28,279 nt of DNA from a virus. Lineage: Duplodnaviria; Heunggongvirae; Uroviricota; Caudoviricetes. The stretch is taken from positions 1-28,279 of IMG/VR virus record IMGVR_UViG_3300042465_005697; one strand, 5' to 3'. Numbering within the stretch: position 1 is the stretch's first letter; each line of letters starts with the position of its first letter. Both the position numbers and the translations under genes were made by a program. Below, piece after piece: positions 1 through 8,586 of this stretch. The notes beneath the pieces are model-generated. The model was given only the letters and a program-made list of their open reading frames with translations. It had not been told where the DNA came from and ran no database searches.

Positions 1-22
1 ATCAAAAAAATAAATTAAAAAG

Positions 23-53
23 TTTGTGTATATATAAAAAAGTATTATCTTTG
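23..53 (+). promoter_or_regulatory. Bacteroidota sigma-A type promoter
   Basis: TTTG (23-26), 19-nt spacer, TATCTTTG (46-53); matches TTTG-N19-21-TAnnTTTG. Confidence 0.8.
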
Positions 54-97
54 TAAGAGACAAGGAGGAAATACTAACTATATAAAAACATAAAACG

Positions 98-211
98 ATG
101 GAAACAATTCAAGTAACACAACAAGAGATCTGGGCGGCAACAAGATCTATGGTATACAAGAGTAAGAAATCTTACACTCGTAAGTCAAAACATAAGAACA
201 AGAAGTTCTAA
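98..211 (+). CDS. 37-aa basic peptide, ArfA-like C-terminal motif (not in ORF track)
   Basis: METIQVTQQEIWAATRSMVYKSKKSYTRKSKHKNKKF; lies between a consensus promoter and a terminator. Confidence 0.75.
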   Translation: METIQVTQQEIWAATRSMVYKSKKSYTRKSKHKNKKF

Positions 212-219
212 GATCGTAA

Positions 220-247
220 CCCCGAGAATATCACTCGGGGATTTTTT
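220..247 (+). terminator. intrinsic terminator
   Basis: CCCCGAG-aatatca-CTCGGGG then ATTTTTT. Confidence 0.85.
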
Positions 248-280
248 ATGTTTAAAAAAAAACATTATCACCATTTGATA

Positions 281-288
281 TATTTATA
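281..288 (+). promoter_or_regulatory. TATTTATA motif, putative phage late promoter
   Basis: 4 nt before ATG 293; motif recurs about 20 times before starts. Confidence 0.65.
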
Positions 289-292
289 GATA

Positions 293-952
293 ATGAAATC
301 GTTAATTAGAAGAGTATTACTAGAAGAGACCAAAGAACGTGATTATAATAAGATGCTTAAACTTGCGACAAACTATATTAAAAATGTGGGTCTAAATGGT
401 TTATGTAATGTTAAATTGGTTAAAAGTGATGTAGATATTATTGGTGTAATATTTACTCAGGGACATATTGGAGATACTAAATTACATAATTTGGAAGGGA
501 TATTGAAAAAAATATTTCACATTAGTTTTATATTAGTTGAGTATTGGAAAAGTAGTTGTTCGGAATTTGATGTATTACAGTTGGATGAAGGACGTATTGT
601 TGGGAAAATTCTAAAGGAGGAAATAATGGAAAGCGTTAGAGACAGATTGGTCTTAAAGTGGTTAAACAAGGAGTTTGGTGATTTAACTGAGGTGGTTAGG
701 GATGACAGAACATTTTATGTTGATAAGGACCGAAAACCGTTATTTTTCTATTACCAAGATTTAAAAAATGGGTATGTTTATGTAAATAACAAAAGAATTT
801 GGGTATTTTTTAAAGACATTTTTGGTCTGAAAAAATTGCAAACAAAGGAGATACTGAAGGTGTGGTTGGACCAGACCTATAATTTGAGGGGACTCACACC
901 GTATATAGATCGTTCACCATTTCCATTAAATTGGAACAGACCTATAATTTAA
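293..952 (+). CDS. hypothetical, class A tag, two domains with internal tag
   Basis: MKSLIRRVLLEE; internal KILKEEIMES precedes a KWLNKEFG...IFGL...W domain. Confidence 0.85.
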   Translation: MKSLIRRVLLEETKERDYNKMLKLATNYIKNVGLNGLCNVKLVKSDVDIIGVIFTQGHIGDTKLHNLEGILKKIFHISFILVEYWKSSCSEFDVLQLDEGRIVGKILKEEIMESVRDRLVLKWLNKEFGDLTEVVRDDRTFYVDKDRKPLFFYYQDLKNGYVYVNNKRIWVFFKDIFGLKKLQTKEILKVWLDQTYNLRGLTPYIDRSPFPLNWNRPII

Positions 953-964
953 AATAATATAAAA

Positions 965-1429
965 ATGAAGGAATTAATTAGACATATATTAAAGGAGGAA
1001 ACATCATTACATACCAGATTATTAAAAATGATTAATAATGGTGATTTTTTAACTGCAATTAGATCTGTTGGTGGTTATGGTAATTTAAGAAAGATAATGA
1101 AGGGAATTGACTATCTTTCTAAGGATGTTATGGTTGATACGATTAAAGGGGTTTTGGAAGGTAAAGGGTCTCTTGGTCTTTATGAATTGGGGATAACTCC
1201 AATAACCATAAGAACTATTGGTAACGAAGAACATCATATTGAAGCAATATCGGACAATGGTCTTATTATTGATGTTTATGTTGATTATGATTTGGATGAT
1301 GGTGATGAAACTATTGATAGTTATAGTTTGAGTTATGAGGATATTAAAAGAAATGATTTATTTGAGTTATTTGATGCTATAATTGAATATTATGAGGATT
1401 ATAGTGATGATGAAAACGATCATATGTGA
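965..1429 (+). CDS. hypothetical, class A tag plus VGG module
   Basis: MKELIRHILKEETS; AIRSVGGYGNLRKI; acidic C-terminus. Confidence 0.85.
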   Translation: MKELIRHILKEETSLHTRLLKMINNGDFLTAIRSVGGYGNLRKIMKGIDYLSKDVMVDTIKGVLEGKGSLGLYELGITPITIRTIGNEEHHIEAISDNGLIIDVYVDYDLDDGDETIDSYSLSYEDIKRNDLFELFDAIIEYYEDYSDDENDHM

Positions 1430-2211
1430 TGAGAGAATTAATTAAACATATATTAAAGGAGGAAACAATTGACTTGTCGCAAAGTCTTATGAGACTTTTT
1501 GAAAAAACATTAATTAAACAGAATAGTGATGAATTATGTTCTATATCTGTGGAACAATTGGGTAAACATTATTCTGTTACTTTATTTATTAAAATTGGTG
1601 TTTTTACAAATGTAAGAGAGAAATTGATGAATGATGCTTGGAATATGGTTTATGATGTTACTGGTAAGTCTTCTGCGATATACCAAAAGGATTGTGAAAA
1701 AAAAGATAACATTAGGGAAGAAACTGATCAAGTAGAGGATAATAAATTATCGTTGAAGAATAAGTTAAAAACCATTAGAGATAATTTCGGGATTGAACAT
1801 GCAATTAAGATTACTGGTGGGCTTGAAAATTATGTTAAAATATTTTTTAATAGTAATTTAAAGGATTACTATAAAGAAAGTGGTATTGAACCATACAGAA
1901 TATCTTCAGAACCCAACTTATTTATTGATGACTTAATTGTTCAGTCGTTAGAATTACCTGATGTCTCACCAAAAGAAAAAAGTTTATATAATTTTGTTTG
2001 GGAGAGTGGAGGTACTAAATATAGATTCACGGCAAGATTATATTTGGTTGAATATGCTAGTGGGATAAAAATGTGGAGAGTTGTTGGGTCTAGTGGTGAT
2101 TCGGGGTTTGGTTATAGTTATATAACAAAAAAAAACACATTAGGAAAAAGAGCAAGAATGCAGATATTCAAACAGGTAATAGATAAATTAAAACTTGACG
2201 ATTATAAATGA
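1429..2211 (+). CDS. hypothetical, class A tag, two domains
   Basis: ATG 1429 overlaps upstream TGA; MRELIKHILKEET; internal NIREET then AIKITGG module. Confidence 0.85.
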   Translation: MRELIKHILKEETIDLSQSLMRLFEKTLIKQNSDELCSISVEQLGKHYSVTLFIKIGVFTNVREKLMNDAWNMVYDVTGKSSAIYQKDCEKKDNIREETDQVEDNKLSLKNKLKTIRDNFGIEHAIKITGGLENYVKIFFNSNLKDYYKESGIEPYRISSEPNLFIDDLIVQSLELPDVSPKEKSLYNFVWESGGTKYRFTARLYLVEYASGIKMWRVVGSSGDSGFGYSYITKKNTLGKRARMQIFKQVIDKLKLDDYK

Positions 2212-2534
2212 AGGAATTGATTAGACATATATTACAGGAAGATGTTAATCGTAAGTTGCTCAAACCTATTAAAAACTATGTAAATGGGATTATTCAACAT
2301 ATGGATGAACTGAAAGGTGAAGTATGTGAAGTTCTGGTTCAGATGGATGGTGATGTAATTGTTATTGATCTTTATGTTAATGATGAACATTACGAATTAT
2401 TGGATCAGGAGTATTCGTTGTATAATGTTAGTAGAAAAATGGACTACAATATTAGTAAAACGTTCGGAATAAAACGAAATAAATTAATTACTTATATTGA
2501 AAAATGTTCCACAAAAAGAGAATATTACGATTAA
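2208..2534 (+). CDS. hypothetical, class A tag
   Basis: MKELIRHILQED; ATGA-type overlap with upstream gene. Confidence 0.8.
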   Translation: MKELIRHILQEDVNRKLLKPIKNYVNGIIQHMDELKGEVCEVLVQMDGDVIVIDLYVNDEHYELLDQEYSLYNVSRKMDYNISKTFGIKRNKLITYIEKCSTKREYYD

Positions 2535-2591
2535 TAACAAATTAATTTATTATCAACGCACAATATATATAATTGTAATGAAATAATTTAC

Positions 2592-2599
2592 TATCTTTG
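2592..2599 (+). promoter_or_regulatory. Bacteroidota -7 box
   Basis: TATCTTTG in the intergenic gap before ATG 2623. Confidence 0.65.
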
Positions 2600-2622
2600 T
2601 ATATATAAAAAACTTAATTATT

Positions 2623-2856
2623 ATGAAACCAATGGGTAAAGATGAAATTGATTTCTATAGACTCAAACCATATTTAGATTTTGGTGAAACGGAAAAAGTT
2701 GAGGAATTAATACCTCCTTATGAAATTGTATATTACAAAAATCGTAAAGGTAATTTGGTTACCGCTAGAATTCTTATAAGAAGAAAGAACGGTGAAATTA
2801 TTGTAAGAAACATTAATGGTGTTGATGTATGTTTAACAGAAAAAGATTTAATATGA
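2623..2856 (+). CDS. hypothetical protein
   Basis: 77-aa ORF behind TAnnTTTG. Confidence 0.7.
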   Translation: MKPMGKDEIDFYRLKPYLDFGETEKVEELIPPYEIVYYKNRKGNLVTARILIRRKNGEIIVRNINGVDVCLTEKDLI

Positions 2857-3395
2857 AAGCAAAATTAATTAAAGAAAATGATTATCATTATTATCTAACG
2901 ATAGATGGTAAAATAATAGCAGACACTGAGGCACATCCATTAAGTAGTATTAATGTAAGTAAACTATCCAAACAAAATTGTGATGAAATATTCGGAGTAG
3001 TTGATTTTGAGAAGTTAGATAAAAAAATCAGAGGGTTAATGATGATTAGTGGAACATCTAATGGTACTATTGACCATCCAAACACAGATAAAATGATTTC
3101 TCTATTCAACAAAGCAATGGAGTTGAATAAAGGTAAGGTGTTTACTTATAATCAAATGGTTTCGGCAATTACTGAATCATCAATATCACATAGATTACCT
3201 TCTTTGATTATACAAGACTTACAACCAACAGAAATTGATGTTGAGATTGTTACTGAATCAAAACTAATAGGTCAATGTAACTGTCCTTGTCATACAAAAA
3301 AAGGAATACGTCATATTAAGGATTGTTGCAACCCTAAACGTGTTGAAACCCCAAAACTTGACTCAGAAGGACAATTAATACTTAAAAATATTTGA
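2853..3395 (+). CDS. hypothetical phage protein with Cys/His cluster
   Basis: Start moved to MKAKLIKE (ATGA overlap); CNCPCH...HIKDCC may bind metal. Confidence 0.8.
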   Translation: MKAKLIKENDYHYYLTIDGKIIADTEAHPLSSINVSKLSKQNCDEIFGVVDFEKLDKKIRGLMMISGTSNGTIDHPNTDKMISLFNKAMELNKGKVFTYNQMVSAITESSISHRLPSLIIQDLQPTEIDVEIVTESKLIGQCNCPCHTKKGIRHIKDCCNPKRVETPKLDSEGQLILKNI

Positions 3396-3396
3396 T

Positions 3397-3669
3397 ATGA
3401 AAAAATTAATGTTATTATGTGTGTTATTTTTATTCTCTTGTAATGATGGGGATAATGTGACAATTACTAACTCGGAGTATAAAAAATTAAGAGGAGACAC
3501 TTTAGTTCCAGAATATCCAAAGACAGTATATGTTCCAAGTGATGCTGGTGATAATACTCCTTATTTTGAGGTATGGTTAGGTAGTGATGGGCATGAGTAC
3601 CAACTACACGTAGAATCTCACGTAAGGAATCAATGGGTTCATTATGGTGGTTGTAAAAAATGTGATTAA
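3397..3669 (+). CDS. putative lipoprotein
   Basis: MKKLMLLCVLFLFSC lipobox-like signal; C-terminal HYGGCKKC. Confidence 0.7.
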   Translation: MKKLMLLCVLFLFSCNDGDNVTITNSEYKKLRGDTLVPEYPKTVYVPSDAGDNTPYFEVWLGSDGHEYQLHVESHVRNQWVHYGGCKKCD

Positions 3670-3685
3670 TTATTAAACTATAGTA

Positions 3686-3693
3686 TATTTATA
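3686..3693 (+). promoter_or_regulatory. TATTTATA motif
   Basis: 7 nt before ATG 3701. Confidence 0.65.
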
Positions 3694-3700
3694 ATATATT

Positions 3701-4486
3701 ATGAAAGAACTGATTAAACAGATCATCAAGGAAGAAACTTCCACACAAACAAAATTAATGACTTTAATTAAAAAATTTGGTGTTGATTATGGCGCCAAGG
3801 CGGTTGGTGGGTATGATAGACTGACAAAAATAATGGAAGGAACCGATTTTTTGTATGTTAAACTTGATGTTAGTCCTGAATATATTCATCATTATCTTAG
3901 TGGTAATAGAAGATGGGGTAAAAAAACATTATATGAGGTGATATTAGAGGATCCGTGGGAAATACATTATTGGAGTGAATATGATGTTGAAAATTTAATG
4001 GACGATATTGATGAGGTAAATTTAAATAACATTAGGTCAATATTATCCGAAGATAATGATGAAGATTTAAGTGATGTATCTATTGATAATCTACTTGAAT
4101 ATGACACATTTGGTCATATAACTGATGCGATAAACAACGCAGCAAATACTGTTGATGGCGATGCGTATGGTGATTATTTATATAATCAATTAAAAAAGGC
4201 GTTTGAGGAATATGGTGGTGAAGTATACTCTATGGACGATGAGGGTGTTACGTTTAGCGTTAATTTATCAAAATATTTAAAGGATCTAACTGATGAAGAA
4301 TATGGATACTATCGTGATGTGTGTCAGGATAATTATGTATGTATGTTTAATGAAATGGTATATGATGATGGAGGAACAATTGATAAACCAGAACCTTACT
4401 TTGATGAAAATTGGTATAATTATGATCTTAATAAGACTCAATTTAACGAGATATTGTATGAAAACCTATCGGAACATTTAAATTAA
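3701..4486 (+). CDS. acidic hypothetical, class A tag plus VGG module
   Basis: MKELIKQIIKEETS; GAKAVGGYDRLTKI; D/E/Y-rich. Confidence 0.85.
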   Translation: MKELIKQIIKEETSTQTKLMTLIKKFGVDYGAKAVGGYDRLTKIMEGTDFLYVKLDVSPEYIHHYLSGNRRWGKKTLYEVILEDPWEIHYWSEYDVENLMDDIDEVNLNNIRSILSEDNDEDLSDVSIDNLLEYDTFGHITDAINNAANTVDGDAYGDYLYNQLKKAFEEYGGEVYSMDDEGVTFSVNLSKYLKDLTDEEYGYYRDVCQDNYVCMFNEMVYDDGGTIDKPEPYFDENWYNYDLNKTQFNEILYENLSEHLN

Positions 4487-4490
4487 TGAT

Positions 4491-5108
4491 ATGAAAGATA
4501 TAATTAGAAAGGCATTACACGAAGAGATCCAACGAAGATATAGGAGGGTTACACCTGAGTTATTGGATAGGTTAAGAAGATATTTATCAATCTTACTTAA
4601 AGGGGTTAAAATTACAACATTTGGACCCGAACACACTTATGGTGATATAAGAACTCAATTCTGTAAAAATAATCAATTTATTATGACGGTTATTTTTAAT
4701 GTTAAGGATCATGACGACGAAGAGGACTATCAGGATAATGCCTCGTTACATATAAGTAGAAGTATTTTATCACAGATTCTAAGTACTTTTAATATTAAAG
4801 AAAAATTTGCACTTGAGATTATTGCCGAATATGTAGAAGATAATTATGTTGAGGATATCTCAAAAGAATATGATCTTAACATTTATGATATTGATAGTTC
4901 CGATGTTAGCGATGTTAGTAAGTGTAGACAAAAAGTAATGGACAATCCTCCTGAGTTATCAAAAGAAGATATGATTGAGTGGTTGGTTATAAATCAAAAA
5001 ACCTTCCGTCGCCCTGAGATTGAACGATGGGATGATAAGGACCTTAGATACTGGTACCGTCGTGATTGGATCCGTAATAAAGCCAATGAATTAGGTTATG
5101 ATTATTAA
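4491..5108 (+). CDS. hypothetical, class A tag
   Basis: MKDIIRKALHEE; 205 aa; ends before a terminator. Confidence 0.85.
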   Translation: MKDIIRKALHEEIQRRYRRVTPELLDRLRRYLSILLKGVKITTFGPEHTYGDIRTQFCKNNQFIMTVIFNVKDHDDEEDYQDNASLHISRSILSQILSTFNIKEKFALEIIAEYVEDNYVEDISKEYDLNIYDIDSSDVSDVSKCRQKVMDNPPELSKEDMIEWLVINQKTFRRPEIERWDDKDLRYWYRRDWIRNKANELGYDY

Positions 5109-5126
5109 TATATAAAAATTAAATGG

Positions 5127-5158
5127 ATCCCACACTTTAACAGGTTGTGGGATTTTTG
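5127..5158 (+). terminator. intrinsic terminator
   Basis: ATCCCACA...TGTGGGAT then T run. Confidence 0.8.
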
Positions 5159-5175
5159 TTTGTGCTATATCTTTG
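5144..5175 (+). promoter_or_regulatory. Bacteroidota-type promoter overlapping terminator
   Basis: GTTG-N20-TATCTTTG. Confidence 0.7.
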
Positions 5176-5199
5176 TAGAAACAAATAAAGATAAGGATT

Positions 5200-5478
5200 A
5201 TGAAAGGGATAGAAACAAAAACAATGGTTAATATATTAAATAAAGCTAATACATTTAATCTCCAAAATGATAGTACATCTAGAGTATTTGGGGCTATTGA
5301 GGGTATACTTCTTTGTTACGGAAAATTGACACCCGGAACACCATGGAACTTTAAAGAGTTTGATGTTGAGGTTACAGGATGGTTTGGTAAAGTTACTATT
5401 GAGAAAAGAGAACAAACCTACAGAGAATTAATGGTTGAGTTGTTAACAGAATTGATTGTAGAACAAAAAGAAAAATAA
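5200..5478 (+). CDS. hypothetical protein
   Basis: 92-aa ORF after promoter. Confidence 0.75.
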   Translation: MKGIETKTMVNILNKANTFNLQNDSTSRVFGAIEGILLCYGKLTPGTPWNFKEFDVEVTGWFGKVTIEKREQTYRELMVELLTELIVEQKEK

Positions 5479-5483
5479 AAGAT

Positions 5484-5564
5484 ATGAGTTTAGATACGGT
5501 AATGTTAGGGGTTGGGATTATAGCTGGTTTGATATTGGGGTTAAGTATTAATAGAAAAAAATAA
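5484..5564 (+). CDS. 26-aa single-TM peptide (not in track)
   Basis: MSLDTVMLGVGIIAGLILGLSINRKK; fills the gap, start context like its neighbours. Confidence 0.6.
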   Translation: MSLDTVMLGVGIIAGLILGLSINRKK

Positions 5565-5569
5565 GAGAT

Positions 5570-5881
5570 ATGAAAACAATAGAAGAAAAGAACAAAATGA
5601 TCGCCGAGTTTATGGGATATAGATGGAAAAACGACGATAAAATGTGGATAAAAGGTGAATGGCCGTCATGTAGTTATTTGGATAAATATCTTGAATATAA
5701 TACCTCTTGGGATTGGTTGATGCCTGTGGTTAAAAAATGTAGAGATCTTGTGATAAATCCTAAAAATGGTGATGAGGTTTATATTTTATCCGATCTAGAA
5801 AATAAAGTTATGAGTTGTAATAATGTTATAGCATTTGATGGTCTTGTGGGATTTATTGAGTGGTATAATAATAAAAAATAA
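5570..5881 (+). CDS. hypothetical phage protein
   Basis: NKMIAEFMG...YNTSWDWLMPVVKKC. Confidence 0.8.
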   Translation: MKTIEEKNKMIAEFMGYRWKNDDKMWIKGEWPSCSYLDKYLEYNTSWDWLMPVVKKCRDLVINPKNGDEVYILSDLENKVMSCNNVIAFDGLVGFIEWYNNKK

Positions 5882-5886
5882 GAGAT

Positions 5887-6066
5887 ATGAAAAAGCACGT
5901 ACAAATAGTAAAAATGGATAAATCTATCCTTGAATATTTTAGAATGGTTATGGACTTTGATAACCAAAGTAAGGAATACAGAGAAGTTACCGAAAAGGAA
6001 TTTATTGGTGAATTAACTAGATCGTTAAATTGTGATTTAAATTACAAAGAAATTATGTGGGTTTAA
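5887..6066 (+). CDS. 59-aa hypothetical (not in track)
   Basis: MKKHVQIVKMDKS...EIMWV; same junction sequence as 5570. Confidence 0.65.
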   Translation: MKKHVQIVKMDKSILEYFRMVMDFDNQSKEYREVTEKEFIGELTRSLNCDLNYKEIMWV

Positions 6067-6098
6067 TTTGGTTTATCGGAAAAGATTTAATACTTTTG
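6067..6098 (+). promoter_or_regulatory. Bacteroidota-type promoter
   Basis: TTTG-N20-TACTTTTG, 4 nt before ATG 6103. Confidence 0.8.
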
Positions 6099-6102
6099 TG
6101 TT

Positions 6103-6759
6103 ATGGGAAACATACATTTAATACCAACGGACAATGAACAACATTCTATTGTTCAAAAGAACACAGGATTAGTTTTAATTCAAACACCACGTAAAGAGTA
6201 TAGTGGGACAAAATTAAACATCTACATTACTTCTGATGAAGAAATTAAAGAAGGAGATTGGTATTTATATTGCAATCAAATAAACAAAAGAATAAGGAAA
6301 AATCCTAAAGCTGAATATCCTTACCCTAATTATCAAAAAATCATTCTAACAACAGACCAAGACTTAATCAAAGATGGTGTACAAGAAATTGATAATGAGT
6401 TTTTAGAATGGTTTGTTAAGAATCCAAGTTGTGAGTTTGTTGAGGTTCAGAAATGGTTTGATGGTTTAGATTTTCTTGAATACAAAATCATCATTCCACA
6501 AGAAGAACCTAAACAAGAAACACTTAAAGAAGCGGCTATAAACAATTATCCTGAAGGTGATGTTTGGACTATAGAACAAGCTTTAATTAGAAGACTTGCT
6601 TTTATGAATGGTTCTAAATGGCAAGCTGAAAGAAGTTATAGTGAGGAAGAAGTTAAATCTTTTTTAGATAGATATAGAAGTCAATTTAGGATGGATAAGA
6701 ATGTTGATATTAAACAAAGTGATTTTATACAATGGTTTAACAAATTTAAAAAGAAATAA
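6103..6759 (+). CDS. hypothetical with C-terminal QAERSYSEEEV module
   Basis: 218 aa; C-terminal module paralogous to the next gene. Confidence 0.85.
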   Translation: MGNIHLIPTDNEQHSIVQKNTGLVLIQTPRKEYSGTKLNIYITSDEEIKEGDWYLYCNQINKRIRKNPKAEYPYPNYQKIILTTDQDLIKDGVQEIDNEFLEWFVKNPSCEFVEVQKWFDGLDFLEYKIIIPQEEPKQETLKEAAINNYPEGDVWTIEQALIRRLAFMNGSKWQAERSYSEEEVKSFLDRYRSQFRMDKNVDIKQSDFIQWFNKFKKK

Positions 6760-6760
6760 A

Positions 6761-7000
6761 ATGGAAAAAGAAACATTAGAAGAAGTGGCTACTAAAGTAT
6801 TAGATACTAAATACCCTTACCATCGACCAACAGACGCTGGTTATTGGAAAGATATGTTTATATCAGGTGTTAATTACCAAGCTGAAAGAAGTTATAGTGA
6901 GGAAGAAGTTTATAATATTTTAGTAGAACATACTATTGAATTATTCAAAGGGCAACCTTGTATGTTAGATGAATTTTTTGAAAAATTTAAAAAGAAATAA
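6761..7000 (+). CDS. hypothetical, stand-alone QAERSYSEEEV module
   Basis: Start moved to MEKETLEE just after upstream stop. Confidence 0.8.
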   Translation: MEKETLEEVATKVLDTKYPYHRPTDAGYWKDMFISGVNYQAERSYSEEEVYNILVEHTIELFKGQPCMLDEFFEKFKKK

Positions 7001-7011
7001 ACCATTACATT

Positions 7012-7320
7012 ATGGGTAAGTTATTAAAATATATTGACTCTTTATTTAAAGGGAATGGTCTAAATAATTGTGAGGTTATTTCATTTGGTGATGGATATAT
7101 TATTGAGATAAATATAGATTGTAGTAACAAATTGATCTTTGGTCCACTTAAATCTGTGTTAATGAGAAGACATACTAACATAGTTAATGAACTATTGTCA
7201 AGATATCCAAATATAGAATATAGAATTAGCTTTAACGATATTAATATCCCACATAGTAAATTACAAACAAAAATAGATAGGGGGGTTATATTAGAACCTC
7301 AATTTTCGTCATATGTTTAA
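7012..7320 (+). CDS. hypothetical, tandem paralog 1 of 3
   Basis: LLKYIDSLFKGNGLNNCEV. Confidence 0.75.
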   Translation: MGKLLKYIDSLFKGNGLNNCEVISFGDGYIIEINIDCSNKLIFGPLKSVLMRRHTNIVNELLSRYPNIEYRISFNDINIPHSKLQTKIDRGVILEPQFSSYV

Positions 7321-7585
7321 TTTAACGAATTATATTTATTCTCAATTAAAAGGTAGAGGGTTATCTTTTGAAATGTGGGATGTAACATATGAAGATGGGG
7401 TAAATATTATAACTTTGATTTTGGATTGTGAGTTTAATTATATTGTAACTTCGGATCATCTGCCGTACTACCAGAATGAGATGGTTTTAAGGTGTAAAAA
7501 TATATTTGGTGGAGTTTTACCTGAAGGATCATATGTGACTAAGGTTGTGGTAATTAATGAGAGAAAAAATAAAGAAACAATATAA
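7313..7585 (+). CDS. hypothetical, tandem paralog 2 of 3
   Basis: LTNYIYSQLKGRG...LPEGSY. Confidence 0.75.
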   Translation: MFNLTNYIYSQLKGRGLSFEMWDVTYEDGVNIITLILDCEFNYIVTSDHLPYYQNEMVLRCKNIFGGVLPEGSYVTKVVVINERKNKETI

Positions 7586-7809
7586 TGAAATATGGGTTAA
7601 CGAATTATATGAAATCAATCTTAATTGGGAATGAGTTTGATGAATGTGATGTTACATATGATAATGGGGTATATGTTATAACATTATATCTTGAGAATGA
7701 TGAATATTATAGTAATTTATTGGTCGATACTTTGAAAAGATATTGTGGGTGTTTATTTTCTTACTTACCTGAAGGATCATATAAAACTGATGTTAAATGT
7801 AGGGAATAA
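7585..7809 (+). CDS. hypothetical, tandem paralog 3 of 3
   Basis: LTNYMKSILIGNE...LPEGSY. Confidence 0.75.
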   Translation: MKYGLTNYMKSILIGNEFDECDVTYDNGVYVITLYLENDEYYSNLLVDTLKRYCGCLFSYLPEGSYKTDVKCRE

Positions 7810-7826
7810 AAAATAATACGAAAATT

Positions 7827-7858
7827 AATCCTCCGTTTGTAAAGATGGGGGATTTTTT
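7827..7858 (+). terminator. intrinsic terminator
   Basis: AATCCTCC...GGGGGATT then T run. Confidence 0.7.
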
Positions 7859-7867
7859 GTATATTTG
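7836..7867 (+). promoter_or_regulatory. Bacteroidota-type promoter, -33 box inside terminator loop
   Basis: TTTG-N20-TATATTTG, 4 nt before ATG 7872. Confidence 0.8.
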
Positions 7868-7871
7868 TTGT

Positions 7872-8264
7872 ATGGAAAAAGAATTTGTAGATTATACAGA
7901 AGCGTTAGAGTTGAAAGAATTAGGATTTGATGGTCCTTGTTGTGGTTACTATGACCATCTAATAAAGGAATTAGATGATATATCTTCAGAAGTGTGTGAA
8001 AGACTTTGTAAACACGATACCCATATTAAAGCACCAACTTATTCACAAGCATTTAGATTCTTTAGAGAGAAGTATAGATTAAAAGGGGGAATAGATACCG
8101 CTGATATGATTTGGTCTAAATGGAGTTTTAATATTGAATTAAAAGGTTCATCCTATATATTATATAGTGGGTTAACAGAAAAAATATATTTTAATTCCTA
8201 TGAAGAAGCAGAACTTGAATGTCTTAGAAAGTTAATATCAATAGTAAAAGAAAAACAGTTATGA
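7872..8264 (+). CDS. hypothetical phage protein
   Basis: Start moved to MEKEFVDYTEALELKELGFD (track start lies in the terminator). Confidence 0.85.
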   Translation: MEKEFVDYTEALELKELGFDGPCCGYYDHLIKELDDISSEVCERLCKHDTHIKAPTYSQAFRFFREKYRLKGGIDTADMIWSKWSFNIELKGSSYILYSGLTEKIYFNSYEEAELECLRKLISIVKEKQL

Positions 8265-8437
8265 AAGAATTAATGAAAATAATAAATGGTTGTTTAATTG
8301 TGTCAGGTTTTGCGATCGTGGTTGCGATTGCGATTATGGATAATTTTACAAAAGATATGTTAATACAGGCGTTGGTTGCTTGGGTATATATCCTAATAAA
8401 CTACATTGCGTTAGTGTTACCAAATAAAGAAGAATAA
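8261..8437 (+). CDS. 58-aa two-TM membrane protein (not in track)
   Basis: Two hydrophobic stretches; ATGA overlap with upstream gene. Confidence 0.7.
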   Translation: MKELMKIINGCLIVSGFAIVVAIAIMDNFTKDMLIQALVAWVYILINYIALVLPNKEE

Positions 8438-8439
8438 TT

Positions 8440-8586
8440 ATGGCAACAATTTATAAAGTGGAGGTTGTGTCGTATTGGTGTAGTTATACGAAAGAACAAC
8501 TTGAGAAGATATTACAAGATGCGGTCAATAAAATTGAAAAAGAAAAGGGAAACGAAATTAATATAACGGTAAAAGAAAGATTATGA
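8440..8586 (+). CDS. 48-aa hypothetical (not in track)
   Basis: MATIYKVEVVSYW...KERL; ATGA overlap with 8583. Confidence 0.65.
   Translation: MATIYKVEVVSYWCSYTKEQLEKILQDAVNKIEKEKGNEINITVKERL

Noticed and set aside
8261-8437. Holin call for the two-TM peptide
   Set aside because: Located in an early-type unit with no endolysin or spanin nearby.
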